Assembly: GCA_963514005.1 (NCBI GenBank)
Contig: OY740808.1
Coordinates: 2,170,001-2,234,000 of the forward strand
DNA length: 64,000 nt
Direction of reading: 5' to 3'
Origin: Raja brachyura
Taxonomy: Eukaryota
Part shown: positions 26,165-41,040 of the stretch, piece after piece
Numbering within the stretch: position 1 is the stretch's first letter
How the letters are laid out: every line of letters begins with the position of its first letter
The notes under the pieces: model-generated
Database searches by the model: none
The model's input: the letters and a program-made list of their open reading frames with translations, nothing else
Told to the model about the DNA's origin: nothing
Position numbers and translations under genes: made by a program

Positions 26165-27795
26165 CAATGTTAACAGAGTGAAAATTTAGCAATGAGAGCA
26201 GTCTGGGTTGCCGTCAAAGAAGTACTGAAGGTACTGTCATGTTTGAAAGAAGACAAATCTCTGGGGCCTAATCAGATGTATCGGAGAACACTGCGGGAAA
26301 CTAGAGGAAATTGCGGGATCCCTGGTTGAAATTTATGAGTCGTCCTTAAATGCAGGAGAGATGCCAGAGGATTGGAGGGTGGCAAATGTTGTGCCTCATT
26401 TCAAGTTGGGCTGCACGGAAAATGCTGGGAACTTTTGGCCGGTGAGCTTAACATTTGTAGATGGTAAGTTACTGGAGAGTATTCTGAGGGATAGGATATA
26501 CAGACATTTGGATGGGCAAGGGCTGATTAAGGACAGTCAGCATGGCTTTGTATGTGGGAGGTCGTGTCTCACAAATCTGATTGATTTTTTTTTAAGACAA
26601 GAGAGCTGTATATGTTGTGTACATGGACTTTAGTAAGGCGTTCGACAAGGTGCCGCATGATAGACAGCTCTGGAAGGTTAGATCGCATAGGTTCCAAGGA
26701 GAGATAACTGAATGGATAGCAAATTGGCTCCATGGAAGGAAGCAGAGGGTGATGGTGGAAGGTTGCTTCTCAAAATGTGCCCTTTGACTAATGGTGTGCC
26801 ACAGGGTTCGGTGCTGGGTCCGTTACTGTCTGTCATCTACATCAATGATTTGGATGAGAACATACAGGGCATGATTAACAATTTTGCTGATCTTGCAAAA
26901 GTGAGTGGTTTTGCAGATAGTGAAGATGGTTGTCAACGATTGCAGCAGGATCTGGATCGATTGGCCAGGTGGGCGGAGGAGTAGTTGATGGAATTCAATA
27001 CAGAGAAGTGTGAGGTGTTGCATTTTGGGATGTCAAACTAGGGCAGGACCTACACAGTAAATGGGTAATGTTGTAGAGCAGAGGGATCTAGGAGTACAAC
27101 AAGTGCATGGTTCTTGAAGGTCGAGTCGCAGGTAGATAAGGTGATCAAAAAGGCTTTTGGCACTTTGGCCTTCATCAGTCAGAGTATTGAGTAAAGAAGT
27201 TGGGAGGTCATGTTGCAGTTGTAAAAGACGTCGGTGAGTGCATTTAGAATATTGTGTTCAGTTCTGGGGTTCATGTTATATGAAAGATATTGCCATCTTG
27301 AAAGGGTTCAGAAAAGATTTACGAGGATGTTACCAGGTCTGGAGGGTGTGAACTTTCGGAAAAGGTTAAGTAAACTGGGTCTCTCTATTCCATGGAGTGT
27401 AGGAGGATGAGGGGAGATCTTATAGAGGTATACACAATCATGAGAGGAATAGATTGGGTAGATGCACAGAGTCTTTTACCCACAGTAGGGGAATCGAGGA
27501 ACAGAGGACATAGGTTCAAGGTGAAGGGGAAAAGATTTAATAGGAATCCAAGGAGTAACTTTTTCACACACAGGGTGGTGGGTGTATGGAACAAGCTGCC
27601 AAAGGAGGTCGTTGAGGCTGGGACTATCCCATCGTTTAAATAGTTGGACAGGTACATGGATAGGACAGGTTTGGAGGGTTATGGACCAAGCGCAGGCAAG
27701 TGGAACTAGTTTAACTGGGACATTGTTGGCCGGTGTGGACGATTTGGGCCGAAGGGGCTGTTTCCACACTCTATCACTGTGACTGTATGACTCTA
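26165..27795 (+). mobile_element. Older degenerate CR1 LINE (RT domain to 3' tail)
   Basis: PEDWRVANVVP, SQHGF..GRSCLTNL, GVPQGSVLGPLL..YINDLD motifs with stops and frameshifts. Confidence 0.93.
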
Positions 27796-27879
27796 ACTGG
27801 GGCGAGGAGAAATAGCTTCATTCAGAAGATGGTGAATCAACATATTTCAGGAAATAATTATTTATGGAGGAGAACAGGA

Positions 27880-28088
27880 ATAGCCCTGAAATGGGGGGAC
27901 TATGTATAAACACAGCTGTAATTTCTACATGGTGAAACCAAAATGTACAAAAATGGCCTTTAGTAAAATCTGACAACGTGCATTTTAACCACATGTGATT
28001 TTTTTTCTGTTACAAATCTCAAATTGTGGAGTACAGAGGCAAATAAATAAATGATGGGTCTTTGTCCCAAACATTATGGAGATCGCTG
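27880..28088. mobile_element. Tc1/mariner terminal fragment
   Basis: Ends ...gggtctttgtcccaaacattatggagatcgctg|TA, a Tc1-like TIR end with TA target. Confidence 0.6.
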
Positions 28089-28269
28089 TATAATCAATAT
28101 TCATTTTTTAAGAATGTCCTCAAATTTCTGGGCAGGATTTTCTTTGAAGTTTTTCATGACTAAAATAAAAAATATATACAAATTTGACACATTTTTCTGT
28201 TTGTATCATGCCGAGAGCAGATCTTAAGCAAAATTTTATTGTAGACTAATTGTTTCCTTTTGTGTTTAA

Positions 28270-28539
<270 letters not shown>

Positions 28540-28560
28540 TGACAATAGAGAATGCAGATA

Positions 28561-29740
28561 TAGAAACATAGAAATTAGGTGCTGGAGTAGGCCATTCGGC
28601 CCTTCGAGCCTGCACCGCCGTTCAATATGATCATGGCTGATCATCCAACTCAGTATCCCATACCTGCCTTCTCTCCATACCCTCTGATCCCCTTGTCCAC
28701 AAGGGCCACATCTAACTCCCTCTTAAATATAGCCAATGAACTGGCCTCAACTACCCTCTGTGGCAGAGAGTTCCAGAGACTCACCACTCTCTGTGTGAAA
28801 AAAGTATTTCTCATCTCGGTCTTAAAGGATTTCCCCCTTATCCTTAAGCTGTGACCCCTTGTCCTGGACTTCCCCAACATCGGGAACAATCTTCCTGCAT
28901 CTAGCCTGTCCAACCCCTTAAGAATTTGAAAGTTTCTATAAGATCCCTTCTCAAACTCCTAAATTCTAGAGAGTATAAATCAAGCCTATCCAGTCTTTCT
29001 TCATAAGACAGTCCTGACATCCCAGGAATCAGTCTGGTGAACCTTCTCTGCACTCCCTCTATGGCAAGAATGTCCTTCCTCAGATTTAGAGACCAAAACT
29101 GTACGCAATACTCCAGATGTGGCCTCACCAAGACCCTGTACAACTGAAGTAGAACCTCCCTGCTCCTATACTCAAATCCTTTTGCTATGAAAGCTAACAT
29201 ACCATTCGCTTTCTTCACTGCCTGCTGCACCTGCATGCCTACTTTCAATGACTGGTGTACCATGACACCCAGGTCTCGCTGCATCTCCCCTTTTCCTAAT
29301 CGGCCACCATTTAGATAATAGTCTGCTTTCCTGTTTTTGCCACCAAAGTGGATAACCTCACATTCATCCACATTATACTGCATCTGCCAAACATTTGCCC
29401 ACTCACCCAGCCTATCCAAGTTACCTTGCAGTCTCCTAGCATCCTCCTCACAGCTAACACTGCCCCCCAGCTTAGTGTCATCCGTAAACTTGGAGATATT
29501 GCCTTCAATTCCCTCATCCAGATCATTAATATATATTGTAAATAGCTGGGGTCCCAGCACTGAGCCTTGCGGTACCCCACTAATCACTGCCTGCCATTGT
29601 GAAAACGACTCGTTTACTCCTCCTCTTTGCTTCCTGTTTGCCAGCCAGTTCTCTATCCACATCAATACTGAACCCCCAATGCCGTATGCTTTAAGTTTGT
29701 ATACTAATCTCTTATGTGGGACCTTGTCGACAGCCTTCTA
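28561..29740 (-). mobile_element. Young 5'-truncated CR1 LINE with one frameshift near 28925
   Basis: ORFs 28901-29665 and 28650-28913 are consecutive RT parts; nearly identical to the 7841-8723 copy. Confidence 0.95.
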
Positions 29741-31268
29741 GAAGCCATCTTCCTCAACTGTCCCCACGGGTGGGCAGATTGCAACCTGATGGAGCTTTTG
29801 GTTTTTAGTTCATGCAATCAATAAAACATTTGCTGAATGTATTGCCAGACTACAGCTATGATTAACAATTTATATGTGAATAAAGATTGTTTTATTCAAA
29901 TAAAGTAACCCAGCCAATAGAATGTAATATTTTAAGGATCTCCGTGCACTCATCAAGCCCTAGGTTCAAGTTCTACCCATGTTTAATTTCCAATTCAATC
30001 CAATTATCCCTACAGTTACTGTCTTTAGTTCTTGTGCAGCCAATTGCCAAACCCCAAAGTGGATATGCCAAACTTAATGACTTTTTCTCTAATGTGTTTG
30101 ACGGCATTACATATTCACACTTGTCTCTTCATTGTATCTCAGTACACGTGACTATAATAAACTAATACCAATGATAAGCATAGATTAAAACTTGTCATTT
30201 TAAATGGTCTGATATCGGCTTAGATTCTCCTCATCCCTGCTATAAAAGCAGACGTGCAAAACGCTGTCATCTGATCTATATTCTCCTTGTCTATTTTCCC
30301 ATTCACTAGATAGAATGTGCGGTTACTTTTTCCAATTTGTATGAAAAGCCCAATTGTCTGACTGGTCTTGTCCGATCTGCCTTCTATAATTTAATTTACC
30401 CTTTTGACTGTAACTTCTTGTGTGTCCTAGTTCAAGGAATTAAAACTTCTGCTATTTCAGTCATACAGTCTTGTACTTTCCAGTTCAATTTATTATATAT
30501 CAAATCTTCTCTCCTGACACTTCCATTCCTCTATCAAAGTTGTTCTGGCTATTTTTTAATGTTGTCTTCAACATCATTTTTTAAAAAATGCTGGTTTTCT
30601 TTTGTGTAGTTGTTTAATGAAATGTTCTTGAAAATCAATAGTATGTAGCAACACAAAACCGTTAACTAAATTGCCATCAGACGAACAGTTCAGTGCATAG
30701 TTTTCATCTCACTATTAGTACATTGAACTTTGCTTCAAGCCACTGTAGATAAGCTGATATTCTTGGTGCTGTAGGTAAGCCCGTTATCTTTGACTGGCCA
30801 TCCACAAGACAGACAGTTGGCTGACCAACCAATGCAATGTGCAATAACTAACTGCCACTTTGCAGTATTTCTCCTAGTTTCTCTGCTGGATCTTCATTAT
30901 CACACGGCTGCCTACTGTCCTGTGCAATACAAATGTTTGTAAGAGATCTCATTTTAAACCCGTCACTGGGGTTCTCATCTCTAAGATGTGTCCTGAAATC
31001 TTGGTGGGTTGGAAAATGACAGTCTTCATCAGTCATGTGAAAATAACGCAGTGAATGTGCTTCAATGAATTTCCATTACAAGAGGGAGCTGCCTCCTGGG
31101 TTGATGATGTAGTAATAATTTGAACTGTATGTGCGTGTTCACTGAAATGACTCCATGTATCTCTATCCTCAGATGACTAGTTAACAGTATTGATGGATTG
31201 TTGCTTTCATATTTTCTTAACTCCTTTATCCTTCATTTAACCAAGATATTTTTTTATGCACCTTGTAG

Positions 31269-31349
31269 GTAATGCACACCCGGCTGCAACCACCTTTGGG
31301 CCACCACCTCATCATCACAGCAGCTATTTACCCACTGGTCACCTGGCAG
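31269..31349 (+). CDS. FBRSL1: FBRSL1 exon (G)NAHPAATTFGPPPHHHSSYLPTGHLA
   Basis: ttgtag / gtaagg; 81 nt; phase 1-1. Confidence 0.92.
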
Positions 31350-33130
31350 GTAAGGAAAGGAACAGGTATCGTCCAAACTTGGACTATAATTGTATTATTC
31401 CTGTATTCCGTTGCAGCCATATCTAATTTACAGTCGACACTTTTCTTTTGGTGGGTTTAACTAAAGTTATTTCAGTTTTGAAAGATGTCGGCAAGGTACT
31501 GTTGCAATATGCAATGCTGGTAACCAGGCCACTCTTGGGTATCACACAGTGCCAATGCTATTTCTGATGTCAATGCGAGAACTCTCCCCAGTTTAACCAT
31601 TACTTCATCACCAAGTTACAAGATGCAAGTATTTGTCACCAGGTCTGCCACTGGTGCTAAAACAAAAATAGTGCAGATTCTCAAAGTGAAATGAATAAGA
31701 TGGTTTGGAGCCAAGACAGATCCTGAGTTGTGCAAGTATGGGAGTAAGTGCACTGGCAGTCTTTGTGAAATGAAAGCGACTCCAACATGGAGTGAACTTG
31801 GATCCTGAATAAAATGCATCCATATAAAGTTGTTTTTTTTTAACCACTGGAAGAGTTCAGCAGGTTGGGCAGCATCTTTGGGGGGAGGAATGTACAGGCA
31901 ACAGGACCTTAACCATCTTCTGTCCAGTTCCCTCCACAGATGGACATAAGTTAAAGAAAAATGTTGCAACATTTTTATTATTAGTAATGTTTTGACAAAG
32001 TAACTCCTGATTTTTGAAGGACCACTATTCTTTTCACTGAATCAAAGATGATTTTTTTTTATTGAGTGAAGCAAAGATCTTAACCCATAGCGGATTCATG
32101 GGGAATGCATCATTCATTACCCTGCTTTCACAGCTGACTGCTTACCTTTCACTTGGATCTGGACGGCAGGTCACCCATTTTCTATGGACAAAATCTTGGA
32201 TTAAAGATAAAATGGTCTCACCAAAGTTTTATACAGCTACACCATGACTTGCAAGTTTTTGTTCTCAATGCCCTGACCAATGAAGGCTGCCTTCACCACA
32301 CTATCCACTTGTTGCCCTTGCAGGGAGAAATAGACTTGCAGCCCAAGATTCTCTGTACATCAATGCCTCTCAGGGTCTTGCCACTTTATACTTTTCGCTT
32401 GTAATTGACCTACCAAAATATAACACCTTTTAAACTTAATTTGCTATTTCTTCATCCAAATTTTCAATGGATTGATTTCCTGTTGTATCCTTTAACGAAC
32501 TTCCTTGCCATTCTCAACTCTCTCCATTTTTGAGTTGGCTGCAAACTTACCAATCAATCCACCTACATTTTCATCCAAATAATTTATATTGCGAACAACA
32601 ATCCTTGGGGAACACCACTTATCATGAACCTCCAGTTAGATAAACACCCTTCCATCACGACCCTTTGTTATCAGATTTGTATGCAACGTACCAAGATTCA
32701 CATATATGACTTGTACTTCTGGACCAGCCTATCACAAGGAATGTTGTCAAATATTTTACTAAAGCTCACGTAGCTGATGTATTTTTCTGTCAATATACAT
32801 TTGTGTTTATTAATGGGCTAAGTGCATTTAAATCTTATCCATGGAATGCTTTCAATATTGAAAGTAAAAGAAAAGCAATGTGGTTAAGAAAATTATTGTC
32901 ACATGTTGTATTTTAATAACTTAAAGATACTTTTATTCATCTTACCATTAAAACCACTTTAATATTTCCACCCAATATATGTTTTTTCCTTATCAATTAC
33001 TTGATTTTCAAGAAGTTAAAATGACTAAATATTGTAGGCATAAAGAACTTTTGTGACCATTTATATTGTGGTTTCTGTTCTGGCACCATAATTTTAAAGT
33101 TTTTACTTGCATATCAAGGAAGGAACGAAT

Positions 33131-34486
33131 AAGCGAGTTCGGTATTCCGATAAACGCAAGGAATCATGGGATTTGCCAAAGGTCATTCAGGGAAAGAAAA
33201 AGGGAATACAGCGCTGTGTATAATTTGTCAACTATTCTGCCAGGGAATTAATCTAGAATTATTTTAACTCAATAGCTCCCTTTCTTCTTCTGCTGTTCAC
33301 ACTCTACTTACACAGTTCTAGTTCAGTTCATTAATCTGCAATTGTAACATATTCAAAAAGTTAAAGAATTTATTATTTTCATTTAATCCTTAATGTGTTT
33401 GCTACTGGAATAAGAAAGTACTACTTATGTGTGAAATATTTTCTTATCTTTATTCCGTTATTCATAATTTATGTGTAACAATATATTGAATCTGAGGCAG
33501 TCAGCGACTGTATCAGTGTGATGTGGACTGATGCTTTATCTACAGGCGGTGTGAATGTACCGTTACGGCAAAGATTAATCTCCGAGGAAAACTGAGGGTT
33601 GGCCCTGTGAAGGAGCCGCCAATCCGATATAAGACATTTAACTGGGAAATGCCTGCCCTTTAGTATTGGGTAGATTGAGTGGAGGGTCTATGCTGTACCA
33701 AGGTTGCGGTGCGTTTCCCCCAGCTCTGTCACCCAGTGCAGGTTGACCAGCACAGTTCGCCAGCCCTTGTTAGCAGAGGCTCTTTGTGCAGGTGTTACCT
33801 GAAGCCCAAAGGTTTTGTGGGGGTTCTTAGGTTCGGGCACGCAGCAAGCTAGTGAGAGGGCTGTCGGATCAGATCAACCCCAGTTGCCGAGTGGCCGAAG
33901 GGTCGTTATTAAACTGTCCCGTCTGTATGGCATTGCCAGCGCTCTCTCTCCCAGACCCCCACCACAACTGGAGATAAAGTCTGACTGAGAAAATGCTCCC
34001 ACTCATATTACGGGTCGGCTCCACGTTTGCCCACGCGCCTCCTTCAAAGAGAGAGGAACAGGTCCCGCCAGCTGGGGAGCTGCGACCCACTCCTGAGTGA
34101 AGCCTCTAGTTTGGCTGCGGTTCAAATGGCTGCAAATTCTCATAATTGGTTGACCACACAACTTGTAATTTGTGTAAATCAATATCGAATTTGCATGGCT
34201 GCGATTCAGGCCAATGCCAGGGATTTGATAATTGACAGGTTCAGTCCAGGTGTTCTTGCCTTTTCAAGGCTGGTGTTATATTGCGTCAATAGTTTAAATA
34301 GATACAATTGTGGATTTGTGCAGCCTGCAGTACGCAGTAGCCTACTGCTGACATATTTGACGGATACATTTATTTATGAATCTCATTGAAATGAATACAC
34401 ATGTCCGTACACACACAGCTGGCGAGAATGTTTTTCCCGAGTTACCTATGGCCTAGGCATGCGCAGTTGAAATATCGAACTCGCTT
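33131..34486. mobile_element. Putative non-autonomous DNA transposon (~1.36 kb)
   Basis: Terminal inverted repeats AAGCGAGTTCGGTATT (33131-33146) and AATATCGAACTCGCTT (34471-34486); a paralogous empty site is present at 34929-35003. Confidence 0.6.
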
Positions 34487-35330
34487 TTCCTTGTCTTAAC
34501 AAAATATTTCTGTGGATTCCTGCACCCTCCATCGTCAGCTGTTTCTTGTTTTTTTTTTTGCAGCAACATGGATGTGCAGTGCATGCAAAGGGCTGCACAA
34601 TGCCACCCATCCACCAGCAGTTAAAACTATCTTTCAGATGTATGTGTCGAGCTGCTGGAATTAACATAACAGCTTTTTCTAATCTTGTAAAATAAGAAAC
34701 TCAAGAGAGAGAATTTGTGCAAAATCTAACTAAGCTCAATTCTTTAATGAAGATTTTCATGGTGAAAATTTACAATTGTGCTTGAGGATCTAAAAACAAG
34801 GTTAACAGCAAAGTCTAGATAGTACTGTAGCTGCATTTGAACAAATTACTAAATAATGTAGACGAAGAACTATAGAGACAGTTTATTTTTTGTGGTTTCT
34901 GGCAGCATAATTTGAATGTTTAGTTACATTTTACTTGCATATCAAGGAAGGAATGGGTTTATTCCTTAAGTCCTGACAAAATATTTCAGTGGATTCCTGC
35001 ACCAGTGGAAACAATAGGTGTACACCAAAATAAACAGTTGCCTGATCTTTGAACATCATTCTTTAAGTGTGATATAAATACTGACTTTGCACTGATTGCA
35101 ATCATAGAGGGCAGGTGATGTGGCAACTGATTTTGTAGTTTTGGGTATGAGGAGTCAGATTGTGTTTGTTTATGGAATAAAATTGGGCAAATTTCATCAA
35201 GAAAAATGTGGATAAATGTGGAACAGCTGGATAAATCCTCCTTGGACTTTGTCGATAAATTGTTTCTTGCAGATGTCAGAGATGGGCTTTTCTAGATGTG
35301 GCTGAACGCCTGTTAATCAATGTTTTTTAG

Positions 35331-35414
35331 ATCCATTCAATAGATCAAATACCTACGGCGGCCTTGGAAACCTCAGCACCAGTGCCTTTGGAGGATTAGG
35401 CAATCCAGCACTTG
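35331..35414 (+). CDS. FBRSL1: FBRSL1 exon (D)PFNRSNTYGGLGNLSTSAFGGLGNPAL
   Basis: tttttag / gttagt; 84 nt; AFGGLGNP motif. Confidence 0.94.
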
Positions 35415-36059
35415 GTTAGTAATTGTTTGTATTGTACATTTGAAGTACCATTATTCTTTGTGTTGTCAAAACAGTTGCTTAAGATAATGTATTTATTTAG
35501 GCAGTAGCACAGTTGTTTGCTTTGGCTGCTTGCCAGCATATTTCTTTCATGCAAAATTTAAGTATTTTAATGGACTGCAGTCAACTGAATGACTTGGCTG
35601 AGACTTGCCAGTTTATTTTCAAATGAGAAGATTGTTAAACTTGCCCTTGAAATCTGATAACTGTCCCCGGAGCCTGGAACAGAGACAAGCCTCCCATGAA
35701 TGTGACAGCAGGCAGACAGTGTTCGTACCTGATTATCTCAGGGAATGGGTGTAACTCAGCCTTTCAGAGTGCAGGAGTACAGGCTTTCAGGTGTCGGTTT
35801 GTGGTCTCTGTTGTTGTGAAGTGGTATCTTTGCTGTTAGGGCTGGAAATCACACCCTTCATTGGGTGTCTGAGTGTGTAACGCCATTACCAGTCAAGTAC
35901 TTGCCAATAATATGAAGACTGGTTGTGGCGATGGGGGTTCCAACTCTGCTCTCAAATGAGTGTTTTCATTTTTATAATTTAAGATTTTTATGTGCTATTT
36001 GTGATTTTTAAAGGATCCATTTTGGTCATTATAATGTCTTCCATGTTCCCATTTCTCAG

Positions 36060-36285
36060 CTTCCAACAGCATGTTTGGTCACAAGGAAGGTCCAGGGATA
36101 CAGAGCCTCAACAATGCTCACGAGCCATGGAATCGCCTCCATCGAACGCCACCTTCATTTCCAACACCTCCTCAATGGCCAAAGCCAGGGGATTCAGAGC
36201 GGAGCTCCTCAGTAACTAATCACGACAGAGATCGCGATTTGGAGAAAAGAGAATCATCACTTAAAAATGACAGAGAGAAAGAAAG
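36060..36285 (+). CDS. FBRSL1: FBRSL1 penultimate coding exon
   Basis: tctcag / AG|gtgctg; [18 protein letters not shown] motif; phase 1 to 2. Confidence 0.95.
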
Positions 36286-37762
36286 GTGCTGGTTCTCTTG
36301 CGTTTTAATCAAAGTTTTCATAACTTGTTTTCAGTTTAGAATCCTTGGTTTCCATCACTCTGCTCTAGACCCTGTGCATGTTTTTTTTTCACTCAGATTC
36401 GAGTTTTTTAATGGTTTTGTAGAGATCAGGTGCCCAAGTGTCTTTAATGTTGCTGTATTTGGGAACTTGAAGAAACTTTAACCATGGAAGTCCTCACAAT
36501 CGAGCTGAATCCAATCCCTGGGCAGTGTTCACACTGCACTTATTACAGGTTTTTCAGCAGTAATCAGCCAGCCTTAAATGTTAGAAACTCAAACTTTAAA
36601 GCCAGTTATAATCACTCTGGTGATAACCTAGTTCAACATAGAATGCAAAGAGAAACCAGTCCAACATGCTCAGGTATTTAGGACTGACCCATATAGGGCA
36701 AGACAGTCACCAAGACAGTCGTGCACTCATGAGTTTATTTGCCAGTTCCACCAGTCTGTTGCCAGCATGAGTTCCCAACCTATTTAAGTAGCTGAGCCGT
36801 CTTGTTCAATGGCCAGTGATATAACGGAGCATGGGATTATTATTCTGCAATCATAGTGGTATGTGGGGAACAAGAATGTTTTAGATCTGGATGTAATTTT
36901 CTTTTGCAAAAGTAAATGGATAGAGTAATTGTTTCTTAGTGCTGTGTAAACCAAGCAGCCATGAGTTGGAATTTCCAGCAGTTTGAGGCTGCCAGCAGTC
37001 AGTAATGGCCAGATGTCCATGTTCAAGATTCTCTCCATGATCCTGCCTCTACCAGATCTGTTCTACAAGGCAAAATCCCAAACAGGATTATATCAGGCCT
37101 GATGATTTATTGTTAATGGATATACGATATGGAAATAATTGCCTTTTTAAAAAAAATGAAAGTTAGGCAATCCAAGTCTTGAAAGAAATAAAATTTAAAA
37201 GTGCATTGTATGACCAAGCCACACGAGAAGCAAAAGCCTTTGGGAATCTCAATTCCAAGAGATATTTTGTTAGAATTTGCCACATCAATGGCCATTCAAC
37301 CCATCATGCCTCTACCAGCTCTTTCAGATAGCTTCAATTCATCTGCCCTACAAATTCTTCCTTTCTAAGTATACAGTTAACTCTTCAGATTGTTGCTGAA
37401 AGTATTCTAATCGCCTTTCCTATCCTATTGTTTCTTTAACTATATTGCACTTTATCAGAAATATAAGTAAAAGTTTGGTTATTTGTAAATTTGAACACTT
37501 TTGCATAATTGTGGGATGACAAGTCAATGTTGGGTATTTGCAGCCATTGATCTGTATTTGTAAAGACAAAGGTCGGATTAATATTCCAATGAACGCAATA
37601 TTTCTGATTAACATACCGGGTTTACTAGATATTTAGAATACTTGATGGTCTAATTCTGCACTTATGACGAACTTTATAAAGTAATTGCCTGAAAACTTGT
37701 AATCTCCCCAAATTCTTAGTTTCATTAGTTTTTGGCTGGTTAGCCAGATTACTTCATTTTAA

Positions 37763-39037
<1,275 letters not shown>

Positions 39038-41040
39038 TTCTTAAATGTGGGGGAACTGTCCTGTGTATGAGATCCTTTAATTCAAACAATGCACTGCAAC
39101 AAGAGATAGCTGTAAATTTATAGAATTGAAGCACAGTTGGGAGGGTTAAAAAGTCTGAACTTTGATACCAGAAGATTGCTTATAATTGGAATTAATATAT
39201 TATCAATTATAGATCTCTAGATTTCTTTGTGCAGAGAATTCTGAAATCATGTTTGTACATTTTTCCAATATTTGAAATCTAATTTGTATGGATTTGTAAT
39301 TTTATTGTTTCATTTTTATTTGTTTGCTTTAAGTTTTAGTGTTCAGTTTCCAGCCGTTAAGGCCTCAAACTATTTTAATAATACCCAGGGTTGCTATGGT
39401 ATAATTTGTCAAGATACCTATTTACATTGAATCCACTGTGAGGTTCCATATTGAGGCCAAAAAATGACTTTCCTTTCTTTGGTTCCCAGAAATGTCTGTG
39501 TACTCTGAGAAATGTACAAATCTGAATTTGTTTTGCCTTATTAACAATTACAAGATATGCAGAAGAGGTCCATGTGGTTCCTGTACAAATGTAAATACTC
39601 TGTTGATACTCAGAACATGCTAATTAAATTCTTTACTTAGGTAGCCTTTATAAAGGGTTTCTGAAACCAGAAAAGCTCACTGGATATTTATATCACAAAA
39701 TTATTCCTATAAGTGTCACGTGGAAGTGTGCTTAACGTTCAGTTTCAGAAAAGCATATTCAATTCAACTATGCAAGAACCGCAGGCAGGTCTTTCACAAA
39801 GGCTGCACATCCAAACTAACGCCGACACATGGTTAGGGAACACTCCCACCGGCAATGGTTGGGAGCAGGGGAGGGGCAAATTACCACTCCATTAAGAGAC
39901 ACAAAACCATTTGCGAAAGGGATTTGTGGGGGGGAGGGGGAGAAGAAAATTATTGGACCAATAAGGCACCCAGTTCAGAGAGAGACTTCATTTCTCAATC
40001 CACAACACAGACAATAATGACAGACCTTGTATTGGGCAGAAATTCTTAGTGACTGGCAAGGACATTCAGTGTGGACCTTGTGTAATTGTGCAGTGTTTTT
40101 ATGGAATCTGTATACAAGACAAAGTAGTATTTTAGGAATCAAAAATCTCACAGTACCATTTCTGATAAAATACTGTTAGCAAATGAAGTCCTTAAACAGA
40201 TGGTTCTTGCAGTGTGGTTCTGGCTGAACTACGCTGCATGGCTCTTTATTTCTTGGTCATATGTAAATTTTGCCATGTTTTACTTGCTGGACAAAAAAAG
40301 CAGCATCTGTGTTTATATATCTGGGCTTTTACTTGTAGTTCATACATCAGCTGCCATTTCCTCCTTTCTGCTCTGTACTTTGGTTTCTGTATTTTAAACA
40401 GACTTGATTCCTGTAGATCAATGAGAAAAATACAGCATTGATTTTGGACAAAATGGTTGTTTGTTTGTTGTGTCAGAGATCATACTTCACTGAACTAAAG
40501 AGTACCACGTGAGAGCCATGCAAAATTGGTTGATGTTTCCTGCAGTGAACCTATCTGCCTTTAACAAACATACGGCTGACAGTTCCAATACTGGTGCTTC
40601 AGGGGGAAGAAAATCTCATCAATAATGTTGGTTCTTGTTTCGCAGAATATTGTTTATATGAAATATGTAAGTGTTGTGTTTGGAGACCATCTTCCCATTT
40701 CACATACTGTGAAACATTGTAAATCTCACAGTAGTTCTTTCAATGCAATTTTTGACATTTCCATTTTCATTCTACACACTATCTTATAAATTTGTGACAA
40801 ATGCCGCACACACACATTCTTTATTCCCGTTCAGCATTCACAGACATTCATTTTTATGCTTAGCTACCAAGGTATATCGTTGCTCCACTCTGTTCCAACA
40901 AGCACATATTTGTTTCCTCCAGTTGTAGAGTCATGAATAAGGTTTGTTGTCAGGAATAGGCACTTTCCTGTGGGGAGAGAGGTGAGATATATCATCCACA
41001 GAGGTTGTGAGATGGTACCCAAATGACATAGACAAATAAA
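39038..41040 (+). other. FBRSL1: Probable FBRSL1 3' UTR (end uncertain)
   Basis: AT-rich, no recognisable repeats; TGTAAATA at 39590-39597; first canonical AATAAA noticed at 41035-41040. Confidence 0.55.
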
